This document shows positions 11,060 to 23,760 of a DNA stretch of 64,000 nt, in pieces; position 1 is the first letter of the stretch; each line of letters begins with the position of its first letter. The stretch is from Macrostomum lignano (taxonomy: Eukaryota): NCBI GenBank assembly GCA_002269645.1, contig NIVC01000470.1, positions 18,872-82,871 on the forward strand, given 5' to 3'. A model generated the notes under the pieces. It was not told where the DNA came from. It searched no databases and saw only the letters and a list, made by a program, of their open reading frames with translations. The position numbers and the translations under genes are program-made.

Positions 11060-13284
11060 AAAATAGACAGATTTTTTAAGATTTCAGGCTTGTGGGAGCA
11101 TTGCTGAGATGTCAAGGGGGGAGTTGATATGTTAAGGCTTGTGGGGGGGGATTGCTGACATGTCAAGGCTTACAAGGGTACTGGTAGCGTACTGAAGCAT
11201 ACTGGTAGAAGTAGCTCTGAAAGAAGGCAAGTATGGTTGAATTTCAATGTCTGTTATAAAATTCTGCACAAACATGTTTTATTGGTACATAAGCCTGGAA
11301 TTAAAATGAGAATTCGATTCCTAGCCCCCCTCCCTAAGAATTTTTTTTCATTTAAAAGGATTCGTCCCTTGCTTATTGGCCACCCCGAAGGCCATTTTTT
11401 ATCAAAAATGATAAAAATAATTTTTATCAAACACGTTGACATATACAGGGCTCTAAACTAAAAACTGTAAAAAGTTGATAGTTTTGTTTTACCTAAAATG
11501 CGTTATTAACGATCTCCAAAAATTCCTATTTTAAGCTTAAGCTTAAGAAAAACACTTAAAGTACTCCTGCTAAAAGGTATATTATATTAGACGAATATTA
11601 ATTATTTCTGCTCCCCGAAGGGGGGCAAAACTTTAGCTAGTGGAATTCTAAGAAACAAGTAGAAATTGAAAAGAGAGAAATAAAAAACCGTGTTACAACT
11701 ACTTGGTGGCAATTAGTGGGATAGTTGGAGGACAGAAATAAGCCCTACGACAACTTTGGTGGCAGCTCGTAGGATATTCAATAAACACTAGCATCAATAT
11801 AGTTATGAGTTTAGAAAGACAGAGCCGAAAGGCCTGTCACAGTACATTAAACATTTATAATTATATACAATATTATATTATTTATCAATATCATACACAT
11901 CAAAAAGAAAAGGTACAATGATTCTAAATCTGAATTTGAACTTATATGCACAAAACAGACTTTTTAATGGTTTGAATAGTAGGCCTACCCTAATACAAGT
12001 ACACTTCTGACCATTCGTTTTTGAATAGGTCGTTGTGACTGTTTTTGATTGACTTTGAACACAAAATATAGTTCGTTTCTAGGAATTTATTTTTCAAACT
12101 TTACCAAAATTAGGGTGCCTGTTTGTTTTTTAAAAACCCGCAACTTTTTATAGCCATAACGCCGCATCAAATTTTGTGTGGTCCATTAAATTACAAACTT
12201 TAATTTTATAAATGTTGTTTTAAAGCTGTTTAATACTCTCAAACAGTGAAGGGAAAAGATTAGCTCTTTCCTACCGGACTCTACTATTTCTACTGTGTGG
12301 CGGCCAGACTGGTGAGCGGGACCCGCCTGTACACAGGCCCCTGCACGCCTGGCTGCTGGGGAGTTTTGCCCAGCCAGCCAGTTCGATCTGACTCACACCT
12401 CCCGTTAAAGTATAAATGACTATGCTTAAACAAATATACGCAAGAGCTTTTTGCTCGCTTGCCACTTTTAAAGCTACCACTCGCAAGCCGCTTTAACCGG
12501 ATATTTTAAACGAGAGCTAAAATCTTTCATTCCTTTGACTGCGTGTGTATAGAAATGAAAACCTACATTCCCACAAGAAGAATAGGCATTTAATATGCAG
12601 TTAAAAACGAAAAGTTTTGATCTGGTAATTTTTCCTAAGACTTACTATAAGCATTGAGGGGAGGGGCAATGCAGAAAAAATCTGCCGCGTGGCAAAATGC
12701 GCTACAGGACAAAACATAGCGGGCAAACCAGCTCCTTCGGCGGGCAAATCGCTCGCTGGCAATTCACTCGCGGGCAAAATGCACTTCGGGCAAATCTCAG
12801 CGGGAGTATAGCTCGGCGGGCAATTCGTCTACTGGCAATTCTCATGGACCCTTGGTTCTTGCCGGTTCTGGCAGGTGGCTATAGCCGATTTGCTGCATGG
12901 AACGTGACACCCTTTGCTCTCTCTCTCTCGCCCATTGTTTTCGACCCGCGGCCGATTGGCCAGTCAGTCCCTCCCATCGATCCTTTAAATTCTCTCTCCT
13001 CCGCACCGCGCTGATTGGCTGCATGGCCACTCATCCTCAACTCTCTCCCTCCTTTCTCTTTTTGGTGTTAAATTTTGCCGTCTGGCTAACCTCCTCCCCT
13101 AACCTTGGCTCGTTCGGCGACACCTCGTCGTGTGATACTGGTATTTGCTCTGAAACTGTGTGCTGTTTCTGTGCCGTTTCACTGCGAAGACTCGATCGAT
13201 TCATTGCGAAGATTTTATTCGGAAAATCAACAATCGAACGGCAAAATAGCTATAGCCCAGTAAATCTAGTATAGGCTCTACAGC

Positions 13285-13495
13285 TCGATCTGTGCGTCCT
13301 CTGTGAGGCCTCTGGACCCAGGCTCTACTCTGTGCGTCTTCTGTAAGGCCTCTGGACCCAGGCTCTACTCTGTGCGTCTTCTGTAAGGCCTCTGGACCCA
13401 GGCTCTACTATACCCTGTGCGTCCTGTGACGCCACTGGACCCCGGCTCTACTCTGTGCGTCCTGTGACGCCACTGGACCTAGGCTCTACTCTATG
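13285..13495. repeat. ~38 bp minisatellite (CTGTGCGTCTTCTGTAAGGCCTCTGGACCCAGGCTCTA)n
   Basis: About 5 tandem copies. Confidence 0.9.
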
Positions 13496-14574
13496 AGCGA
13501 AATTATTGTCAGTGTGTACCAACGTCTTACATGTTTTTTATATACATACATGTATCCCCAGAGCGTCCCAACGCCTGATACTGTACGAGTCGTACATACA
13601 AATTTTGTTTCGTAGTTATTCATTTTGGGAACCCGAACTGACCCTTGTCTTTACAGTACAATCAAAAGCAATGGATAAAATATTTTTAACGAAACGATTA
13701 CATCTATTTACCACAGACTACTTACAGTAGAAGGACGAGAAGGTACAATTAGTTTCGTAGAAATATTTTTACAATCGAATTTTCCAGAGAAATATAACTC
13801 CTAGTGATCATTGCCATGGTTGCGGTTGATCTGGGCATGTCTGAGAAATTGCTTGTTTCGGCCAAATTGCATAAATAGTAATTAAATCTGTTTAATAACT
13901 TTTGCTGTAACATTCTGTTTAGCTGAAATTGGACTAATGTCGACTAGCTTGCTATCTGCAAAAATAATCTACAAAAATATTGTGGCCTTAATTTTTGTTC
14001 CTGTCGAAATGACTTGCTTGTGAAGTTGGCATTGAGTAGCGAGCGACAACTGTGCAACAGTTATAAATGCGTGGCCGAACAGATTCTTCATCCAAGAAAA
14101 ATCCGACCTCATCATCGCAGAATCTTGTCGTTATTAGATTTATTTGCGGCTGTGCCTGTGCAACGTTTTGTTATTCGGTTCGGTCACTAGGAAAAATTTC
14201 ATCATTCTAATCGTGTTGGCTAATCTGTGCTTCAAGTTTTCTGTCTTGGATCATGTTCAGTCGGATTCTTTCCGTTGTCTGTCCCCCGGTCACTGTCGCG
14301 TTGGTTCCAAGCATATCGCATGCCAGATTATATTGAAAATTAGAATATGGTCTTGTGGAGGATCGAGTGGCTCTCCTGAACCTACACGTGCAGTGACCGC
14401 ATGGCAAACGGACGATGCGAGCCGGCTGATCGAGAAGAGCCAGAGAAGTCAGTTCGACTGCAGATTTCTAAAATAAATTTCTACCTCGTAAAGAAATTTT
14501 ATGTTGAGAATATTTTGTTTCTTGCGTTGAAAATTTTGATAAAATTTAACATACTTTGTAGATGTGAATGTAGT

Positions 14575-15005
14575 TTTAGTCACGGAGAATACTGTTTTAG
14601 TCACGGTGAACACTGTTCTAGTCACGGTGAATAGCGCTATAGTCACGGTGAATACTATTCTATTCACGGTAAATACTATTCTAGTCACGGTAAATACTGT
14701 TCTAGTCACTTTGAATACTGTTCTAGTCACTTTGAATACTGTTCTAGTCACTTTGAATACTGTTCTAGTCACTTTGAATACTGTTCTAGTCACGGTGAAT
14801 ACTGTTCTAGTCACGGTAAATACTGTTCTAGTCACGGTGAATAGCGCTATAGTCACGGTGAATACTATTCTAGTCACAGTAAATACTGTTCTAGTCACGT
14901 TGAATGCTGTTCTAGTCACCGTGAACACCACTCTATCAACGGTGAATACTGTTCTAGTCACGGTGAACACTGTTCTAGTCACGGTGAACACCACTCTATC
15001 ACGGT
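14575..15005. repeat. 21 bp minisatellite (CTAGTCACGGTGAATACTGTT)n
   Basis: About 20 copies; explains the VTVNTVL-repeat ORFs. Confidence 0.95.
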
Positions 15006-15844
15006 GAAGCTGTTAACCGCTGCAGTTTACCCGTATCCGAAAACCATACGGTTGATAATTTGCAAGTATTTCGCCAGAAGAACGGCCCATAAAATGAATG
15101 TCATTCGAGTTCAATAATAAATTCTCAACTTGCTGTTAGGTTATTCAATAAAACTGCCGCAAGAAACTGGGGCAGGCAGGCGCTGGCAGTGCCACCCTAT
15201 CGCATGCCTCATTCAACGTACTTTGGACACCAACTGCACTCACCGAACCAGCTGCAGGAGTTCCATGCAGAGACTGCGAGATTTCTTGCAAAGCTGCTTT
15301 CTGCTTTGCCCCTGTAGCAACTGGGCTAGCGAAATGGCGCAGTCAACTTCAAGGAATTTCTGGTCGTGTAATTGGGTATTCCGAACTCCCATCTCTCTCT
15401 CTCTCACCTCTCTTTCATGCAGTTGTTAGAATTGGCAATTGCAACCACTCACTCCGGATCCCATTTTCCCAGTTCCCGCCTACCTGGATCAGCTGTCAGC
15501 AACAAATTATCTTTCGCACTTAATGGGGAGATGGCAGCTATGAGGCTTTTTTTCAGGGAAAATAATTCTTTAAGTCTTGGCGGGACTTCTTATACTAGAA
15601 GAAGTTTTTAGTTACAACAATTTGCTAACAAAGATCTGCAGTTTCTGCTTTGCGTCAAGGTCCAGTTGTGTATACGTTGCTAGTCTTTGTTTTGATCGGA
15701 AAAGATCAAAAGATTTTTTCAATAGGATAAAGAAGCAATCTGAGGAGCCAGTCATAGTTTGTTTTGCGCAGATTTTTAATTAGCCTTTCTGAAACTTGGT
15801 TAGGATTGGCATGCACTTACTAAGATAGATGGGTAGAGCTAGGT

Positions 15845-15985
15845 GGGTAGAATGGGAGACAGCGCACCCATAGACATTGGGACAGATTGGGTAGTGCAGT
15901 GGGTAGAATGGGAGACAGCGCACCCATAGACATTGGGACAGATTGGGGTAGAATGGGAGACAGCGCACCCATAGACATTGGGATA
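15845..15985. repeat. Three copies of GTAGAATGGGAGACAGCGCACCCATAGACATTGGGA
   Basis: Direct reading; periods of 45-57 bp. Confidence 0.85.
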
Positions 15986-16688
15986 GAAGAATAAGAACTA
16001 TGCTTGGAATTCAAAGTGTCAATCAAGCAGGGCGGTCAATGGCCAGTAAAGGAAAATTAGGGCGAGTCCCAGACACGCAACAAGCTTAGCACTCTCTCAC
16101 GCCTATTTTAACTCTTCAAAAAGCCCCGACCTCTCAGAGTTTTCGACAGTTTCCCATAGCCGCTTTGGGTTCCTTGATGATTTGGTGGTTACAGCCGGCG
16201 CAGGGTTGCCCCACCAGGGCTGACTAACCACCCAAATTCCCTGTGACAAGGCCAAGCCAGTTGTCGCTACAGGCCCCGGCCAGGGCGACAGGCGAGACAC
16301 ACGATGAGGCCCCTCGGGCTGGGGCTGGGATACATTTGACAGGAGACAAGGCGACACGGGACCCCCCTTAACCCCTGAGCGGTGCTAAGTACCCGTGTCA
16401 ACACTGCCAAGTCCCACTGGGAACCATCGAGCATTCCTTCATCATTAACTGGAGCTTCTGGCCTGCGACCTCTCCGTCACCCCCAGTATCTTCGTCCCGC
16501 TGCGCCTCCCCCTTGTCTCTTAGCCCGACCGCCCTCCGCAGTTCCGCTTGTTCGGCGTGTCGCCCAACTTCCAAGCCCTGATCCCCAAAGCAGAGAGTCT
16601 GTCGTGCTTTTTAACGCATCAACAACAGGCTCTGAAACGCCTGGTTGATGCCTAGCATAACAAGGTTGATGGCTGGCGTGCCCTGATG

Positions 16689-17881
<1,193 letters not shown>

Positions 17882-18349
17882 ACATGCAAAAGTACACGCA
17901 ACACTCCGGCAATTGAAATCCGCAGTTCATCCCATGGTCAGCCTCCCTTGCCTGACCGAGTTTTTCGAGGCAAATTTTGACACGCTGACCGGCCTGTCAG
18001 CGCAGTTTACAAACTTCATCGGCCGTCAGCCCGGCTGTCTCAGACTCAGCCAGTGCATTCAGGCCCGCCAGATCCGCTATCAGCAGTCGGTTACTTTGCT
18101 GCACCGGCATGGCGCTGGGAAATCGCTGCTTTCAATCTCATTCAGCTGCCGCGTTTCAAGTGAATGAAAAGTTTATAGAGGCCGCGATCCTCAGCCAGTG
18201 CTTGTCTATAAGATTATAGACTCCTTTCAGAAAGATTCGTTATTGTGATGCCTTGACAACAAGAAATTGAATTTTTTGTTTTAATGACATAAGGAGTTGA
18301 AAAGAGGGAAAATAAATGTATTTGAATACAGGATTAGAATTAAAATGTA

Positions 18350-18965
18350 ATTTAATCGAGGAGAATTACAATCTAGTTTAATCGAGGAGAATTAGAATCT
18401 AGTTTAATCGAGGAGAATTACAATCTAGTTTAATCGAGGAGAATTAGACTCTAGTTTAATCAAGGAGAATAACAATCTAGTTTAATCGAGGAGAATTAGA
18501 ATCTAGTTTAATCGAGGAGAATTACAATCTAGTTTAATCGGGGAGAATTACAATCTAGTTTAATCAAGGAGAATTACAATCTAGTTTAATCGAGGAGAAC
18601 AACAATCTAGTTTAATCAAGGAGAATTAGAATCTAGTTTAATCGAGGAGAACAACAATCTAGTTTAATCAAGGAGAATTACAATCTAGTTTAATCGAGGA
18701 GAACAACAATCTAGTTTAATCAAGGAGAATTACAATCTAGTTTAATCGAGGAGAATTACAATCTAGTTTAATCAAGGAGAATTACAATCTAGTTTTATCG
18801 AGGGGAATAACAATCTAGTTTAATCGAGGAGAATAACAATCTAGTTCAATCGAGGAGAATAACAATCTAGTTTAATCGAGGAGAATTACAATCTAGTTTA
18901 ATCGAGGAGAATTACAATCTAGTTTAATCGAGGAGAATTAGAATCTAGTTTAATCGAGGAGAATT
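18350..18965. repeat. 26 bp minisatellite (TCTAGTTTAATCGAGGAGAATTACAA)n
   Basis: About 23 tandem copies. Confidence 0.95.
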
Positions 18966-19569
18966 ATAGTTTAATAGAGGGGAATGAATTACAATCTAGT
19001 TAATCAACGGGATCATCATTTGTGTTTAGTCAAGGGGATTACAGTCCAGGGGGAATTACTGAATAAATTAATGAGAAACAGCTGGAATTCCGGTATCTGG
19101 CCACAAAAAATACTTTAAGCCAACAGTACCCACCCTCGGGCGAAATGAGTTAGCAATTGTTACTGCGGATATAACCTGCATTAACCCCACCCGAACACCT
19201 GTGACAGTTCGTCAAGACTCTGCGCCGTCCTCCCAGATCCCCATTGGGAAATAACGAATGCAAAGTGGATCACGGGGCCACAGCAAAGTTGCAAAGCAAA
19301 ACAGAAGAGCTTAAGGCTTGGCTAAAAAAGGTCACGTATTATGGTGGGACGGAAAAAGCAAAACTATCCAGGTCTTTGTCATAGGCATAATTTGATTCGA
19401 TCTATGATGTAGCGGCCACCGCCTGACCCTCCTCTGCCAGCCCCGGGAACAGCTGCCATCCTTGAACTAATTAGATTTCACTGGTCAGGCCATGATACTG
19501 CTGATTCAGCCTGCGCTTCTGCTTCTCATAATTTCACTCCGCTTCTCTCAGTTTCTCAGCCTCATCATT

Positions 19570-20070
19570 CTACTCTAGCTTATACTGTAGTCTCAGATCC
19601 TCTCTCTACTTCTCTAGCTTATACTGTAGTCTCATATCCTCTCTCTACTTCTCTAGCTTATACTGTAGTCTCATATCCTCTCTCTACTTCTCTAGCTTAT
19701 ACTGTAGTCTCATATCCTCTCTCTACTTCTCTTCTTAGTAGTCTCATATCCTCTCTCTACTTCTCTAGCTTATACTGTAGTCTCATATCCTCTCTCTACT
19801 TCTCTTCTTAGTAGTCTCATATCCTCTCTCTACTTCTCTAGCTTATACTGTAGTCTCATATCCTCTCTCTACTTCTCTAAGGTTATACCGAAGTCTCATA
19901 TCCTCTCTCTACTTCTCTTCTTAGTAGTCTCATCCTCTCTCTACTTCTCTAAGGTTATACCGAAGTCTCATCCTCTCTCTACTTCTCTTCTTAGTAGTCT
20001 CATCCTCTCTCTACTTCTCTCTTAAGCAGTCTCATATCCTCTCTCTACTTCTTCCTCTAGTATAGTCTCA
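19570..20070. repeat. ~39 bp pyrimidine-rich minisatellite (CTCTAGCTTATACTGTAGTCTCATATCCTCTCTCTACTT)n
   Basis: About 13 copies with variants. Confidence 0.9.
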
Positions 20071-20719
20071 TAACTTCTCTCCTTCTTTCTCTCTTTCCCT
20101 CTCTGATCTCTCTCTCTCTCTATCTCTTAGGCTCGAATCCTCACTCTACCTCTCTCAGTGTCTAGAGGCTGCATTCAGAACACGAGAGCCCCATTCAAGA
20201 GACACAGCAAGCATGCAACGAACAAGTCAGAAATATATTGCAAATTACATGCAAAGATTTTTTAATGCAAAACAATCCGTTGCATCGCGCGCTTGCAGCT
20301 TATCCGCAATTCCGTGGGTTCAGGGCAAGGAGGATTATTGACAGAGCTGACCCACCTCTGACGCCGCGGTGTCACTTGCGAAGGATTCCCTCACACCTGG
20401 TCACCCGCATGACAATCAGCGGTCATCCCCAGCCACCCCCCGCCCTCCGCCGCGGCTGTTGCGGTCGCGAAGGCCCGCCTCTCCGCATTTCCGCCTCTCG
20501 GCTGGTTGTTCGTTCAATTTTCCTTAAAACAACAGGCAAATTGGTCCGCTTCCCCGGCAACTCCAGCACCGAGGGTGGGGGCCGGGTCAGTGGCAGCTGC
20601 AAGGACAACAAGAAACCGGAATTGGAGGAGTATTCGCTGCTGGAAAGCAACTCAATCTGTTAATAATGAGTCGATGAGGCGAGGTTCGGCTTTTTTAAAC
20701 TCGACTGTATGACTGGGAG

Positions 20720-20723
<4 letters not shown>

Positions 20724-20797
<74 letters not shown>

Positions 20798-22045
20798 AGA
20801 GAGGGAGAGGAGAGATCAGAGAGGGAGAGGAGAGATCAGAGAGGGAGAGGAGAGATCAGAGAGGGAGAGGAGAGATCAGAGAGGGAGAGAAGAGATCAGA
20901 GAGGGAGAGGAGAGATCAGAGAGGGAGAGGAGAGATCAGAGAGGGAGAGGAGAGATCAGAGAGGGAGATCAGAGATCAGAGAGGGAGAGGAGAGATCAGA
21001 GAGGGAGAGGAGAGATCAGAGAGGGAGAGGAGAGATCAGAGAGGGAGAGGAGAGATTAGAGAGGGAGAGGAGAGATCAGAGAGGGAGAGGAGAGATCAGA
21101 GAGGGAGAGGAGAGATCAGAGAGGGAGAGGAGAGATCAGAGAAGGAGAGGAGAGATCAGAGAGGGAGAGGAGAGATCAGAGAGGGAGAGGAGAGATCAGA
21201 GAGGGAGAGGAGAGATCAGAGAGGGAGAGGAGAGATCAGAGAGGGAGAGGAGAGATCAGAGAGGGAGATCAGAGATCAGAGAGGGAGAGGAGAGATCAGA
21301 GAGGGAGAGGAGAGATCAGAGAGGGAGAGGAGAGATCAGAGAGGGAGAGGAGAGATCAGAGAGGGAGAGGAGAGATCAGAGAGGGAGATCAGAGATCAGA
21401 GAGGGAGATCAGAGATCAGAGAGGGAGACGAGAGATCAGAGAGGGAGAGGAGAGATCAGAGAGGGAGAGGAGAGATCAGAGAAGGAGAGGAGAGATTAGA
21501 GAGGGAGAGGAGAGATCAGAGAGGGAGAGGAGAGATCAGAGAGGGAGAGGAGAGATCAGAGAGGGAGAGGAGAGATCAGAGAGGGAGAGGAGAGATCAGA
21601 GAGGGAGAGGAGAGATCAGAGAGGGAGAGGAGAGATTAGAGAGGGAGAGGAGAGATCAGAGAGGGAGAGGAGAGATCAGAGAGGGAGAGAAGAGATCAGA
21701 GAGGGAGATCAGAGATCAGAGAGGGAGAGGAGAGATCAGAGAGGGAGAGGAGAGATCAGAGAGGGAGAGGAGAGATCAGAAAGGGAGAGGAGAGATCAGA
21801 GAGGGAGATCAGAGATCAGAGAGGGAGAGGAGAGATCAGAGAGGGAGATCAGAGATCAGAGAGGGAGAGGAGAGATTAGAGAGGGAGAGGAGAGATCAGA
21901 GAGGGAGAGGAGAGATCAGAGAGGGAGATCAGAGATCAGAAAGGGAGAGGAGAGATCAGAAAGGGAGAGGAGAGATCAGAAAGGGAGAGGAGAGATCAGA
22001 GAGGGAGATCAGAGATCAGAGAGGGAGAGGAGAGATCAGAGAGGG
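20724..22045. repeat. (GA)n followed by 20 bp minisatellite (AGAGATCAGAGAGGGAGAGG)n
   Basis: About 60 tandem copies. Confidence 0.97.
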
Positions 22046-23760
22046 AGCGCAGGATATAGGGGAGCAGTACAGGAGACGGCGGGGCAGTGCAAGCTGCAGA
22101 CCAGCAACTTGTGCATGCCCTTATGAATCGGGTTTCAAATTCATGGTGGGTTATGCAGGACGCATGGGATGTCATTAAGCTGTTCCCATTCAATCCAGAG
22201 CTGTCACTGCTGCGCCGCCTCTCATCATTCGATCAGCTGTCATCTCCCAATGCGGCCTGTTGCCCAGATTGGCGCGCGTGACTGCGGAGCGGGAAAAGTT
22301 CGATAACAAGCGCGCACGAACTGCATGCATTTGGGCCGTCTTAGCCGAATATTTTGTGCTTAGCTGGAGAAATCTGGGAAGAAAAATTTGCCTTTTGTCA
22401 CGCATCTGGGCCTGGGGGGCGGCAGATGAACGGGAGAATTCTCCTCAGTCAGTGTTGTTGTTCTTTGCTTCCTTGTAATAACCCTTATAGATGTACCCAA
22501 GAAGGATTAGGGCTGATGGGCCTCAACTTCTGTTGCGCCCGACCCGCTACTGACAGATGAAAAATTAGATTTTCCAAAACTCGAGAGTCTCTGATGACGG
22601 CAGCGGCGGCAGAATCGAATCGAATGTCTGTTCTTTAACGAATTTGCATGCCAGAATATCGAGTTGGACAGGTGTGCGTCCTCCAGCGATTGCGCTTGTC
22701 TATGGTAAAAAAGCACAGTCCCGCCTGGCATTGTCAGCCTCATCATCATAAAAACAGCAGCCGCCGCACCCACAGATTTATTAGGGGGGGCCTCCGCCTC
22801 TTTGTCGCGGCCTGCAGGTCCTCCTGCCCTGGACAGGCATGGGACAATGGCCTGTTATATCAATTGCCAGACATAATAAGCAGCGAGAAAAAAATTGGAC
22901 ACAGAATGGACCGCAGCGGGTTTCACGCTTTTGCCACTGCCTGGCTGACGGCCTGCGCGTGTCAACAGGCTGGTGGGGGGGGGAGTGGCACCAAAACCGC
23001 ATCATTTTTAGCATCTTTGTCCCATGAATGATGAAGATGTGACCGTCACAGACTCCCCCACGCCACTCCCCCCACCTCCCGCATACTCGGTAAATTGCCG
23101 CAATGTTTCCGCCAGCACAGACGCCGTGTATGCAGATTCTCTGCCTCATCAATCCTGATCTCTCATCTCTTTCTCGCTATCTCGCTCTCTCCTCACCATT
23201 CGAAACTCTCTTGGGACACTTCGTTGCTGACGTCGCTGTCGGGCTGAGCCGATGGTCTCCAGTGTCCGGCAATGCTTGCTATCCGATTATCTGCGTCCCC
23301 AACTGCTGCCGGCTCCGCCCCCTCAGGGACGCTACGAAGAGTTTTTTCCCGAATCCCACCCGCCTCCCAGCCCTGGCCGGGCCAATCAGCGCTCGGGCTG
23401 GCCAACTTCTATTGGGTGGTGCCAGAGATGATGGGGGCAGCCAAGGAGGCTGCAATGTGAGCGGCGGCGAAAATTCGGAGTCTGAGGGGGGTTGGGGAAG
23501 GAGGTGATGGGGGGTGGGCGGGTGCCATCCAGCCTCGGCCGCCCCCGCCGCAGCCACACGCTAACAGCTTCCCAGAGCCCGCCTCAGCCCGCGACATCCT
23601 CTTTAAAATAATCCCCAGCCCCTAACCCGGTTAGCGGTCTCCGAGCAGCTGCCACCCCGGAGCCTCATTGCGAATTCCGCGGCAACAACCACCGGAAAAA
23701 ATATATATCGATAATACGTCGGCTCAGTGTTTCTGGGATCCCAAGAGAAAGTGGTGCATC

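Larger units (their letters stand above)
6307..11640 (+). mobile_element. Non-autonomous Helitron-like unit 3 (composite)
   Basis: Starts TC at 6307. Ends in hairpin GCTCCCC-GAA-GGGGGGC (11610-11626), CTAG (11637-11640), then T. Segment ~9040-11170 is a diverged copy of ~480-2585. Confidence 0.7.

Noticed and set aside
11742-11772. CCTACGA...TCGTAGG hairpin just downstream of the Helitron end
   Set aside because: A 7-bp stem with a 16-nt loop is too weak alone; it is probably part of an unclassified repeat.
19272-19292. GGGGCCACAGCA resembles the 5' end of the CPEB3 HDV-like ribozyme
   Set aside because: Only a ~12-nt match, with no complementary P1 strand or nested pseudoknot downstream.
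20709-21639. Arg/Glu-rich ORFs
   Set aside because: Translation of (GA)n and the 20-bp purine minisatellite.
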